A stretch of 25,158 nt of DNA from Spirochaetaceae bacterium (GCA_031268255.1 JAIRXO010000026.1:1-25158), one strand, 5' to 3'; positions 10,382-19,315 are shown, numbered from the stretch's first letter. Notes: generated from the sequence alone by a model not told the origin. Translations and numbers: made by a program.

Positions 10382-10406
10382 GGAGCCTGTGCCGAAAAAC
10401 ACTCAC

Positions 10407-10430
10407 TATAATGTTGAAAAAGGCCGATGA
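10407..10430 (+). promoter_or_regulatory. Candidate flgB operon promoter elements (sigma70 -10 TATAAT and sigma28-like -10 GCCGATGA)
   Basis: TATAAT at 10407-10412 and GCCGATGA at 10423-10430 (7/8 to GCCGATAA). Neither has a convincing -35 box. Confidence 0.45.
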
Positions 10431-10457
10431 TAGAAACAGAGTTTTCCGGGAGGAAGA

Positions 10458-10868
10458 ATGAACAGTTTTGAAAAGACCGTAGATATTATACACCGCTCCA
10501 TGGACGCGAGCCTTTTGCGCAGGGATGTTATTGCCAATAACATTTCCAATGCCGGTGTCCCCAATTACAAAAGGACGGAACTTAGCTTTGAGAGCGAGCT
10601 TAAAAGGGCCCTGGAATCGGAAAAGCAGAAACCTGTCCTTGAATTAAACATGACCAATTCCCGTCATATACCCAACTGGAAGTCCAGGGATTACCGGGAC
10701 GTGGAACCCAGGCGGGTTCTGGACTACCTTACCAGTTCAAAAAACAACGGCAACAATGTTGACGCGGAACAGGAGATCATGCTGGCCCTGGAAAACCAGC
10801 TCATGTATACCCTCATGGCCCAGGCGGAAAATTTTGAGTTCAGCCAGGTCAATCTGGTTTTACGGTAA
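10458..10868 (+). CDS. flgB: Flagellar basal-body rod protein FlgB
   Basis: DVIANNISNAGVPNYK and NNGNNVDAEQE; first gene of the rod cluster. Confidence 0.95.
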   Translation: MNSFEKTVDIIHRSMDASLLRRDVIANNISNAGVPNYKRTELSFESELKRALESEKQKPVLELNMTNSRHIPNWKSRDYRDVEPRRVLDYLTSSKNNGNNVDAEQEIMLALENQLMYTLMAQAENFEFSQVNLVLR

Positions 10869-10878
10869 GGAATAAAAG

Positions 10879-11346
10879 ATGGGAATATTCAATTCGATAA
10901 GCATAGCGGGAACCGGAATGAGCGCCGAAAGGCTCCGCTCCGACGTGATAGCCGACAACATTGCCAACGCCAATACCACGGAAACAACCGGAGGCGGCGT
11001 GTTCAGGCGAAAGCGGGTGGTGTTAAAGCCCATAGCGGAACAGCCCTTCTGGCGTAGCCCCTTTCTTCCTGACACGATGGACAACGGCCCCGGCAAGGGG
11101 GTACGGGTAGTGGAACTCCGGGAGGACCGCGAAAGCGCCCTGCGCAGGGTGTACGATCCTACCCACCCCAAGGCGCTCAAAACCGGGGAATGGGCGGGCT
11201 ATGTGGAATATCCCAATGTTGACATAGTCAGCGAGATGGTAGACCTCATCGCCGCGTCCCGCGCCTATGAGGCCAACGCTTCTATAGTAGAAGGTTCAAA
11301 AACCATGTTTATGCGGGCCCTGGACATTGGCTCGGCGGGGAGGTAA
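10879..11346 (+). CDS. flgC: Flagellar basal-body rod protein FlgC
   Basis: ADNIANANTT, VYDPTHP, YPNVDIVSEMVDLIAASRAYEAN. Confidence 0.97.
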   Translation: MGIFNSISIAGTGMSAERLRSDVIADNIANANTTETTGGGVFRRKRVVLKPIAEQPFWRSPFLPDTMDNGPGKGVRVVELREDRESALRRVYDPTHPKALKTGEWAGYVEYPNVDIVSEMVDLIAASRAYEANASIVEGSKTMFMRALDIGSAGR

Positions 11347-11349
11347 CAG

Positions 11350-11727
11350 ATGACTCTCTATAATCCCACTCTGGTTTCAGGAGACACGGTTTCCATGACC
11401 CGTACCCGCGCGGGGCACTTTATTCCCGGAGACAGGCATTTTACCTCCTCCGGCGCCGCGGTGGTAGAGCTGGAAGAAAAGACAGGCGCCGAGGCGGTAC
11501 TCCGCTCAGGAACATTTGACGATGCCATGCTCAAGGCCATTGACAAGGTAAGCGCCTATCAGCAGGCAACCGGCGTCCTCATGGAAAAAGCCATCACCGA
11601 ACCGGGTTCGGTTGATGTTCATGATATAACCATAGCGGAGGCGAAGGCAAACCTTTCGCTTAACATAACAAGAACCATACTGAGCCGTATAGTCCAGGGC
11701 TGGAGAGACCTGATTAACACAAGATAA
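11350..11727 (+). CDS. fliE: Flagellar hook-basal body protein FliE
   Basis: VDVHDITIAEAKANLSLNITRTILSRIVQGWRDLIN C-terminal pattern; lies between flgC and fliF. Confidence 0.9.
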   Translation: MTLYNPTLVSGDTVSMTRTRAGHFIPGDRHFTSSGAAVVELEEKTGAEAVLRSGTFDDAMLKAIDKVSAYQQATGVLMEKAITEPGSVDVHDITIAEAKANLSLNITRTILSRIVQGWRDLINTR

Positions 11728-11747
11728 GTTCATTGGGGGAGGGGAAC

Positions 11748-13454
11748 ATGAACGAGTGGATAAAAAAATTTCTTGAACAGATACGCAATCTTTGGGGCAA
11801 ATGGTCAATGATCCAGCGCCTCATCCTTATCGGCATCGCCTTCAGCGCGGTAATAGCCGTAATCGTGGTAACGAAGGTTTCTTCGTCTCCCAGCATGGTT
11901 CCGGTTATTGACGCTCCCATAAGGGATGAGGATGCCAGGGACCGCATCGTTACCCGGATCAACGAAGAAGGGGCAAAAGTCCAGGTTACGGCTGACGGGA
12001 CCATCATGGTCCAGGACGAAAAAGCCGCCAGGCGTTTAAGGGCCCTGCTCATACGGGAGGACCTCATTCCCAGGGGAACCGATCCCTGGGCTATTTTCGA
12101 TCAGACCCGCTGGACCATTACCGACTTTGAACGGGATATCAACAAACAGCGCGCCCAGACCCAGATGATAACGAACCATATCAAATCCCTGGATGAGGTT
12201 GATGACGCCGATGTTACCGTGGTATGGCCCAAGGACGAACTCTTTGCCTCGGAACAGAACCCCGTAACGGCCAGCGTCATCATCATACCCAGGCCGGGAA
12301 GCGACATAATCGAGAACCGCAAAAAAATCGAAGGTATACAGAAGATACTGAAATTCGCCGTTGAGGGCCTCACCGACGATCACATAGTCATTACCGACCA
12401 GAGGGGCCTCATACTCAACGATTTTGAGAACATGGCCGCCTTTGACAGGATAAACCAGACCAAGCAGGAACAGGTGCTTATTCAGGCCCTGGAAGGCAAG
12501 TACCGGGGCCTCATACTCCAGGCCGTACAGGGCATCTTTACCGCCGACAGGGTACGGGACCTCAATATCAAAATTGACATGGATATGAGCAAAAAGCAGG
12601 TAAATTCCGACGAAAAATATCCTATTATGCTGAAGGACAGGACGCCGGGGCTCGCGTATGACGACTCAGAGCGCGCCGCGTCCCTTACCGTCTCCGAGGC
12701 GACATCAAGCACCCAGTGGAAGGGTACGGGCTTTGTGCCCGAGGGACCGGCGGGAACCGAAGGCCAGATGCCGGCTAACTACAAGGATATGTCAAACCTC
12801 TTTGGCGAAGTGTCCCAGGAAACCAGGACCACCAACTACGAGTTTAACCAGCGCAGCATAGAAGAGGTACGGAGTCCCAGCCCGGACCGCGTTACCGTCT
12901 CGGTAAATATTGACGGCCAGTGGAAATGGAAGTACGATGAAAAAGGCAAACCGGTAGTGCTGATTGACAATTCCATAGACCGGGAATACATACCTGTTTC
13001 AGGCGAGGACTTGAGAAAGGTCCAGGGGCTTATCCAGGACGCCATAGGGTTCAGCCCTGTCCGGGGAGACTCGGTAACGGTCCAGAACATACCCTTTGAC
13101 CGTACCAGGCAGTTCCTTGACGAGGATGCCAGGTACTTCAGGCAGCAGAGATTTCAGACTACGGTGATGCTCTTTGTCTCGGGCCTTGCCCTGCTTTTGG
13201 TAAGTTTCATCGCCTACAGGCTCATTTACCGTGAGATGGAACGGCGCCGCAGACTCAGGGAGGAGGAACTTTCCAGGCAGCATCAGATGATGCGGGAAAG
13301 CGCCCTGCGCCAGGCGGAAGAAGACGGCGTGGAAGTTTCCATGTCGGTGGAAGAGCGCAAGCGCATGGAACTTCAGGACAACGCCATCAGTCTTGCCAGG
13401 GAACATCCTGAGGATGTGGCACAGCTTATAAGAACCTGGCTTCTGGAGGAATAG
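11748..13454 (+). CDS. fliF: Flagellar MS-ring protein FliF
   Basis: Two TM segments (near the N-terminus and at TTVMLFVSGLALLLVSFIAY), ASVII, VTVQNIPF, and C-terminal PEDVAQLIRTWL. ATG 11748 follows GGAGGGG. Confidence 0.96.
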   Translation: MNEWIKKFLEQIRNLWGKWSMIQRLILIGIAFSAVIAVIVVTKVSSSPSMVPVIDAPIRDEDARDRIVTRINEEGAKVQVTADGTIMVQDEKAARRLRALLIREDLIPRGTDPWAIFDQTRWTITDFERDINKQRAQTQMITNHIKSLDEVDDADVTVVWPKDELFASEQNPVTASVIIIPRPGSDIIENRKKIEGIQKILKFAVEGLTDDHIVITDQRGLILNDFENMAAFDRINQTKQEQVLIQALEGKYRGLILQAVQGIFTADRVRDLNIKIDMDMSKKQVNSDEKYPIMLKDRTPGLAYDDSERAASLTVSEATSSTQWKGTGFVPEGPAGTEGQMPANYKDMSNLFGEVSQETRTTNYEFNQRSIEEVRSPSPDRVTVSVNIDGQWKWKYDEKGKPVVLIDNSIDREYIPVSGEDLRKVQGLIQDAIGFSPVRGDSVTVQNIPFDRTRQFLDEDARYFRQQRFQTTVMLFVSGLALLLVSFIAYRLIYREMERRRRLREEELSRQHQMMRESALRQAEEDGVEVSMSVEERKRMELQDNAISLAREHPEDVAQLIRTWLLEE

Positions 13455-13455
13455 G

Positions 13456-14520
13456 ATGGCAAAAACCGTAAGCTCCACGTCGTCAGGTTCTTCCTCAGGA
13501 GGCAAAAAGGGCAAGGGGTCCAAAGATTTTACTGGCCGGCAGAAGGCGGCCATATTCCTCGTCAGTATAGGCTCGGAGATTTCCGCGGAAATCTTTAAGT
13601 ATCTCCGGGAAGACGAGATAGAAACCCTTACCTTTGAGATAGCCAGGCTCGAAACCATAGAACCTGATCAGAAAGACGCTGTTCTCATGGAATTCCAGGA
13701 ACTCATGATGGCCAATGAGTTTATCTCCACAGGCGGTATCGACTACGCCAGGGAACTGCTCGAAAAATCCCTGGGCAGCCAAAAGGCCATAGACATTATC
13801 AACCGCCTTACCTCAAGCCTCCAGGTCAGGCCCTTTGACTTTATACGCCGCACGGACCCGGCTCATCTTCTTAACTTTATACAGCAGGAACATCCCCAGA
13901 CCATAGCCCTCATCCTGGCCTATCTTGAACCAAACAAGGCTTCGATTATACTCCAGAGCCTCCCCCACGAGGTACAGAGCGATGTGGCGCGGCGCATAGC
14001 CAGCATGGACCGTACCAGTCCCGAAGTACTCAGGGAGGTTGAACGGGTTCTTGAGAAAAAACTTTCCACCCTGTCCAGCGAGGACTACACTGCCGCAGGC
14101 GGCGTCGAGAGCATCGTGGAGATACTCAATATGGTTGACCGGGCGTCGGAAAAACAGATTATTGAGGCCCTTGAGGACGAGGACCCTGAACTTGCCGAAG
14201 AAATCAAGAAGCGTATGTTCGTGTTCGAGGACATTGTCATGCTCGACGACAGGGCCATTCAGAAAGTCATGCGGGAAGTGGATTCCCAGGAACTGGCCAA
14301 GGCCCTCAAGTCGGTGGACACGGAAGTCCAGGACAAGATATTCAGGAATATGTCCAAGCGCGCCGCAGGCATGCTCAAGGAGGACATGGAATACATGGGA
14401 CCCGTGCGGCTTAAAGACGTTGAAGAATCCCAGCAGAAAATTGTTTCCATTATCCGCCACCTTGAGGACACCGGCGAAATCGTGGTTGCCCGTACCGGCG
14501 AGGATGAATTGGTAGTTTGA
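13456..14520 (+). CDS. fliG: Flagellar motor switch protein FliG
   Basis: GRQKAAIFL, GGIDYARELL, EHPQTIALIL, MFVFEDI and GPVRLKDVEESQQKI. Confidence 0.98.
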   Translation: MAKTVSSTSSGSSSGGKKGKGSKDFTGRQKAAIFLVSIGSEISAEIFKYLREDEIETLTFEIARLETIEPDQKDAVLMEFQELMMANEFISTGGIDYARELLEKSLGSQKAIDIINRLTSSLQVRPFDFIRRTDPAHLLNFIQQEHPQTIALILAYLEPNKASIILQSLPHEVQSDVARRIASMDRTSPEVLREVERVLEKKLSTLSSEDYTAAGGVESIVEILNMVDRASEKQIIEALEDEDPELAEEIKKRMFVFEDIVMLDDRAIQKVMREVDSQELAKALKSVDTEVQDKIFRNMSKRAAGMLKEDMEYMGPVRLKDVEESQQKIVSIIRHLEDTGEIVVARTGEDELVV

Positions 14521-14562
14521 AGCAGGGCCGCGTGACCATGCGCGGAGTATGGAGAATAAGTT

Positions 14563-15516
14563 ATGGCGAAGGCTGTATTCAGACCCTCAGAGGTCGTGCT
14601 GAGTAACGAGAAGGTAATCCTCGATCCGCCCCATACCCAGGCGGAACTGGCCCGTATGGCCCAGGCCGCCAGCGTGATGGAAGAACTTGAGGACGCCGAC
14701 GAATACATAGGCCCCACCGCTGACGACATACGCCGTGAAATGGAAGAATTCAAGTCCCGCTGGGACAGCGAAAAAGAAACCATGATTATGTCCGCCCGCG
14801 CCGAGGCTGAGGCGATAAAGAAAAACGCCGAGGACGCCGCCTTTCAGGAGGTCAAGCGCCGCACCGACCACGCCCAGGCCCAGAAGCAGCTTGCCGGGGA
14901 TGAGGCGTCAAGGATTATCGCCGAGGCAAAAGAGAAGGCACAGGCCATAGAAAGCGATGCCAGAGCCGCCTTTGAGGGCGAGAAGAAGGCTGCGGAAGAC
15001 GAAGGTTTTGCCGAAGGCAGGGAACGGGGCTTTGCCGAAGGCAGGGCAGAGGTGGAACGGCTCATAGAAAGGGCCAGGACCATACTGGAAAGAACCCAGG
15101 ACAAGAGGGCCGAGATACTCGCCGAAACGGAACAGCAGATTATAGACCTGGTGCTTCTTATCTCCCGCAAGGTTATCAAGGTTATTTCGGACAGCCAGAG
15201 AAATATTATTATATCGAATGTGGTTCAGGCCCTCCGCAAGGTCAAGGGCCGGGGCAATGTGATCATCCGGGTCAACATGGCCGATATCAAACTCACCACG
15301 GATCACATGAAGGATTTTGTCAAACTTGTCGAAGGGGCAAAATCAATTCAGATAGTGGAAGATTCCAAGATAGACCGGGGCGGCTGCGTTGTCGAAACCG
15401 AATTCGGCGAAATCGACGCCAGGATTTCCAGTCAGCTTGCCGAACTGGAAACAAAAATACTGGAAATATCCCCCATCAAGTCCAGAGCCCGCACGGCTCC
15501 GCTGGACGAGGCTTAA
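14563..15516 (+). CDS. fliH: Flagellar assembly protein FliH
   Basis: Coiled-coil with EGFAEGRERGFAEG glycine repeats and GGCVVETEFGEIDARI; lies between fliG and fliI. Confidence 0.95.
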   Translation: MAKAVFRPSEVVLSNEKVILDPPHTQAELARMAQAASVMEELEDADEYIGPTADDIRREMEEFKSRWDSEKETMIMSARAEAEAIKKNAEDAAFQEVKRRTDHAQAQKQLAGDEASRIIAEAKEKAQAIESDARAAFEGEKKAAEDEGFAEGRERGFAEGRAEVERLIERARTILERTQDKRAEILAETEQQIIDLVLLISRKVIKVISDSQRNIIISNVVQALRKVKGRGNVIIRVNMADIKLTTDHMKDFVKLVEGAKSIQIVEDSKIDRGGCVVETEFGEIDARISSQLAELETKILEISPIKSRARTAPLDEA

Positions 15517-15534
15517 AGGGTTTAGGGAGGGGAC

Positions 15535-16929
15535 ATGGCCGCGTTGCCTACCATACTTGATAAATACCTTGAAACAGCGGAACAGGTTGATCCGGTAAAA
15601 TGTACCGGAAGGGTAACAAAGGTTCAGGGCCTGCTCATAGAAAGCCGCGGACCCGCGGCGATTATAGGCGAGGTGTGCCGCATCGAGGCGTCAAGGCTCC
15701 GTTCGGTGATACGCGCCGAGGTCGTGGGCCTCCGTGACGACATTGTGCAGCTCATGTCCTTTGACGAGACCGCCGGCCTTGAAGCCGGAAACCTTGTGGT
15801 GGCCTCAGGCGAAAGACTCCGCGTTCCCGTATCGGCCAAATTACTGGGAAGGGTACTCGATCCCCTGGGGAGACCCAGTGACGGAAAGGGTGATATTGAG
15901 TCCCCCCTTTTCTATCCTGCCGTATCCGAACCTCCTGACCCCCTTAAAAGGCGGCGCATTACCCAGTGGATGACCACCGGGGTCAGGTCCATAGACGGGC
16001 TTCTGTCCGTGGGCAGGGGACAGAGGCTGGGCATTTTTGCCGGTTCGGGCGTAGGCAAGTCAACACTCCTCGGCATGATAGCGCGTAACACCACCGCCCA
16101 TGTCAATGTGGTCGCCCTCATCGGCGAACGGGGCAGGGAAGTGCGGGACTTTATCGAAAACGACCTTGGGAGCGAAGGCCTTGCCCGTTCGGTAATCATC
16201 GTAGCCCCGTCCAACGCGCCGCCCCTGGCAAGGCTCAGGGGCGCCTATGTGGCCACCGCCGTGGCGGAATTTTTCCGCGACCAGGGCATGGACGTGATGC
16301 TCCTCTTTGACTCGGTAACCCGCTTTGCCAGAGCCCAGCGGGAAATAGGGCTTGCCTCCGGGGAACCTCCGGCAACCAGGGGATATACGCCGAGCGTCTT
16401 TGACTCAATGCCCAAACTCCTTGAACGCTGCGGGACATCCGACAAGGGGACCATAACCGGCTTTTATACAATACTGGTTGACGGCGACGACATGGACGAA
16501 CCCATATCGGATACGGTCAGGGGCATACTCGACGGGCACATCATACTTTCCCGCCGTATCGCCCAGCGCAACCATTACCCCGCCATCGACGTGCTGCAAA
16601 GCATATCCCGTCTTGCCCCGGCGGTAACCGGACCGGTAACCAGAAAGGCCGCGGGCTATATCAGGCGCCTCATGGCCGTTTACGCGGAAGCCGAGGACCT
16701 TATTGACGTAGGCGCCTACAAAGCGGGAAGTAATCCGGCCATTGATGAGGCGGTAAAAAAAATAGACGGCATCAATAAATTTCTCATCCAGGATGTAGAG
16801 GAAAGGTCGTCCATACCTGATACAGCCGCCGCCATGTCCGCCATCGCGGAGATGACGATACCACCGGAGGAACTCGGACCCTACGCCTCAGGACCTGATC
16901 CAGGCGCCGGAGGGACGGCCGGCGCTTAA
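15535..16929 (+). CDS. fliI: Flagellar export ATPase FliI
   Basis: GIFAGSGVGKSTLL, LIGERGREV, FDSVTRFA, DDMDEPISD and HYPAIDVL. Confidence 0.98.
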   Translation: MAALPTILDKYLETAEQVDPVKCTGRVTKVQGLLIESRGPAAIIGEVCRIEASRLRSVIRAEVVGLRDDIVQLMSFDETAGLEAGNLVVASGERLRVPVSAKLLGRVLDPLGRPSDGKGDIESPLFYPAVSEPPDPLKRRRITQWMTTGVRSIDGLLSVGRGQRLGIFAGSGVGKSTLLGMIARNTTAHVNVVALIGERGREVRDFIENDLGSEGLARSVIIVAPSNAPPLARLRGAYVATAVAEFFRDQGMDVMLLFDSVTRFARAQREIGLASGEPPATRGYTPSVFDSMPKLLERCGTSDKGTITGFYTILVDGDDMDEPISDTVRGILDGHIILSRRIAQRNHYPAIDVLQSISRLAPAVTGPVTRKAAGYIRRLMAVYAEAEDLIDVGAYKAGSNPAIDEAVKKIDGINKFLIQDVEERSSIPDTAAAMSAIAEMTIPPEELGPYASGPDPGAGGTAGA

Positions 16930-16948
16930 AAAGAGCCGGAGAAAAACG

Positions 16949-17401
16949 ATGCACAAATTTGTTTTTAAGCTGGAAAAAGTTCTCGAACTCCGGGGTCATT
17001 ACGAGAAAGAAGCCAAGATAGAACTGGGCAGGGCCATCGCCGTACTCTCCGGCATAGAAGGGGAAATTGAAGAAACGGCCAGGAAGCGGGTTGACGCGGC
17101 GGCTGAGCGTTTTCTTCCCGGCAGAACCGGGGCGCAGATATTCAACACCGACCTTTACATCATGAGGCTTGACCGCCTCACGGAAAAACTGTTTGAGGAC
17201 GCTGCCAGGGCGGAACTCGTCGTAGCCGAAAAAAGGGAAACGTACATCGAAGCCTCACGGGAAAAAAAGACCCTCGACAGGCTCAGGGAAAAACGTTTCG
17301 CTGAATATAAAAAGGCCCTGTCCGCCGAAGAAATAAAAACCGTTGACGACATCGCCAACGGCAGCCGTTCCCGCCGGGCCCTGGAGGAAGGCCGCCCCTG
17401 A
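16949..17401 (+). CDS. fliJ: Flagellar export protein FliJ
   Basis: MHKFVFKLEKVLELR N-terminus, 150-aa coiled coil, EEIKTVDD near the end; follows fliI. Confidence 0.9.
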   Translation: MHKFVFKLEKVLELRGHYEKEAKIELGRAIAVLSGIEGEIEETARKRVDAAAERFLPGRTGAQIFNTDLYIMRLDRLTEKLFEDAARAELVVAEKRETYIEASREKKTLDRLREKRFAEYKKALSAEEIKTVDDIANGSRSRRALEEGRP

Positions 17402-17408
17402 TTCTGAC

Positions 17409-17727
17409 TAGCCGCTAAAATTTATCATAAGGTTAGCCGTGGTTAAATTCCAACTACTTGGGGGGTAGGCGCAGACTGCTGTCCGGCTTGCCGGACAGCT
17501 TGGGCTGCGCCCGTCGGCGGCCCTTCGGGACCCGATGGCATACTGAGTCTAAAGTTAGGCCTACGCCATGTTGAATTATCGCCGGGACGCGCTACGCCAG
17601 CTTGCGCACTGTCGCTTGGCGGGGGGCGCGACAAAAAAGGCGGCGCTCAGACGGCCAGTGAGGAAATGCGCCCCCCTTAAAAAGAGAGAAGTGAACCCCG
17701 CGCAAACGGGTTCTTCGTGGTAGCCGC
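17409..17727. other. Structured non-coding island (candidate ncRNA or non-autonomous repeat/mobile element)
   Basis: TAGCCGC direct repeats at 17409-17415 and 17721-17727. Stems GCTGTCCGG-CTTG-CCGGACAGC (17478-17499), CCGTCGG/CCGATGG with a cTTCGg loop (17511-17538), GGGGGGCGC/GCGCCCCCC (17621-17676) and GAACCC/GGGTTC (17693-17713). The structure is directly visible; the family is unidentified. Confidence 0.6.
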
Positions 17728-17730
17728 CGC

Positions 17731-17759
17731 GTGACAAAAGTTTTTTTCTGTGCTATGCT
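17731..17759 (+). promoter_or_regulatory. Probable sigma70 promoter of the PHP phosphatase gene
   Basis: GTGACA (17731-17736), 17 nt spacer, TATGCT (17754-17759) with an extended -10 TG at 17751-17752. The gene starts 19 nt later with little SD. Confidence 0.55.
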
Positions 17760-17778
17760 TTCTAAAGCAGTAAACAGC

Positions 17779-18540
17779 ATGATAGCCAACTACCATACCC
17801 ACACCCGCTGGTGCCGTCACGGAACCGGCGAAATCGAAGACTATATCCGGGAGGCCGTGAAGCGGGGGCTTGCGGAGCTTGCCATTACCGAACATGTGCC
17901 CCTGCCCGGCGATCCTGACCGGATACGCATATACTGCGATGAATTCGATGATTTTGACCGCGAGCTTGACAGTCTCATACAAAAGTACTCGGGGCGTATT
18001 ACGGTGCGCAAGGGTCTGGAATGTGAATATTATCCCAAACTCCTTGATTACTACCGGAACTTACAAGAAAAGCGCGGTTATGAGATTCTCCTCCTCGGCC
18101 AGCATACAAGCATAGACCGGCGCCTTGATAATTTTTGTCTGAGCAGGCCGGAAGAAGTGCTGCTCTATGCCGATGAGGTTACCGAAGGTCTTGCCACAGG
18201 TCTTTTTACTTTTCTTGCCCATCCTGACGTGCCCATTGCGGGCTATGGCAGGGCGGACAGTGCCTTTATGGAAGCAATGGATAAAATTTTTTCAAGCTGT
18301 GAAAAACTGGGTATTCCTGTGGAAATTAACGCCAACGGGCTTTATTATAAACGGGGATATCCCTGCCGGGAGGTCTGGAAGCTGGCGGCAAAGTACCGCC
18401 TTGACTGTCTTGTAAGCGCCGATGCCCACCATGTGGAAAACCTTGTCAGTCCCAGTGTGGAACAATGCGAGGCGCTGGCAAAGGAACTGCGTCTTACCGT
18501 GCTGTCACGCCTGCCCTCCCTTGATCCCTGTCCGCGATGA
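17779..18540 (+). CDS. PHP-domain phosphatase, HisJ/histidinol-phosphatase family
   Basis: NYHTHTRWCRHG, ITEH, GLECEY, FLAHPD, EINANG and SADAH metal ligands. Start at ATG 17779; the substrate is not established. Confidence 0.9.
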   Translation: MIANYHTHTRWCRHGTGEIEDYIREAVKRGLAELAITEHVPLPGDPDRIRIYCDEFDDFDRELDSLIQKYSGRITVRKGLECEYYPKLLDYYRNLQEKRGYEILLLGQHTSIDRRLDNFCLSRPEEVLLYADEVTEGLATGLFTFLAHPDVPIAGYGRADSAFMEAMDKIFSSCEKLGIPVEINANGLYYKRGYPCREVWKLAAKYRLDCLVSADAHHVENLVSPSVEQCEALAKELRLTVLSRLPSLDPCPR

Positions 18541-18576
18541 CGCGGGCTGTAGTATAACAAACTCAAGAGGTGGAAT

Positions 18577-19305
18577 ATGGTAATCAATATTTCCCGGTCG
18601 GTTCTTCTGGAAATTGATGTGCAGAATGATTTTTGTCCTGCCTATGAAAGTTCCGATGGCCGGCGTTTCGGTCCGGGCGCCCTCGCGGTTACAGGCGGGG
18701 AAGAAGTGGTAAAGCCGCTTAACGCTCTGGCGGTAAAGGTAAACGCCGAAGGGGGCCGGGTTATCGCTACCCAGGACTGGCATCCGCCTTTGCATATTTC
18801 CTTTGCCTCCGCCCACGAGGGGAAAAAGCCCTATGATACGATTACCATTCCCCTCAAGCCCCTGCGCGAAAGCGCGGCGAGGACGGGCCTGCCCCTGCCG
18901 GAGGCGATTGACCAGGCGCTCTGGCCCGATCACTGCGTCAGGGGCAGCGCCGGCGCGGCTTTTCATGCTGATCTTGACCTTGATCCGGTACAGTATATAC
19001 TCCGCAAGGGAAGCGATAGGGGTCTTGATTCCTATTCAGCTTTTTTTGAAAATGACAGAAGGACACCCACCGGCCTTGACGGGCTCCTTAAAGGTCTTGG
19101 TATACACACGGTGTTTCTCGGCGGGCTGGCCACAGATTACTGCGTGCTTTACAGCGCCCTTGACGCCGCAAGGCTGGGGTATCACACCGTGGTGGTCCGC
19201 GACGCGGTCCGCGGCGTGGGCGTTCCCGAAGGCTCTGTCGAAAGGGCCATGGAACTGATGCGGGACGGAGGGATCAGTTTTATGAATTCTCAGGAAATTA
19301 TATGA
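18577..19305 (+). CDS. pncA: Nicotinamidase/pyrazinamidase
   Basis: IDVQNDF, TQDWHP, WPDHC, ILRKG and GLATDYCV (Asp-Lys-Cys triad plus metal ligands); adjacent to pncB. Confidence 0.95.
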   Translation: MVINISRSVLLEIDVQNDFCPAYESSDGRRFGPGALAVTGGEEVVKPLNALAVKVNAEGGRVIATQDWHPPLHISFASAHEGKKPYDTITIPLKPLRESAARTGLPLPEAIDQALWPDHCVRGSAGAAFHADLDLDPVQYILRKGSDRGLDSYSAFFENDRRTPTGLDGLLKGLGIHTVFLGGLATDYCVLYSALDAARLGYHTVVVRDAVRGVGVPEGSVERAMELMRDGGISFMNSQEII

Positions 19306-19315
19306 GGAATAGTGT

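Noticed and set aside
15007-15046. 16-bp direct repeat TTTGCCGAAGGCAGGG in fliH
   Set aside because: It encodes the normal FliH GxxxG repeats.
17448-17560. Integron attC-like site (TTCCAAC ... GTTAGGC)
   Set aside because: The inverse core does not fit RYYYAAC or pair well with GTTAGGC, there are no complementary L boxes, and there is no integrase or cassette array.
17438-17720. Known RNA classes: c-di-GMP-I riboswitch, pistol/hammerhead ribozyme, RNase P, tmRNA, group II intron domain V
   Set aside because: Only isolated words match (GTCTAA, GGGACGC, CGTGGTTA, GAGGAAA); the required cores and pairings are missing.
17568-17723. 51-aa basic ORF MLNYRRDALRQLAHCRLAGG...GSSW inside the island
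   Set aside because: Weak SD, composition explained by the GC-rich stems, and no recognisable motif. It is not supportable as a gene without conservation data.
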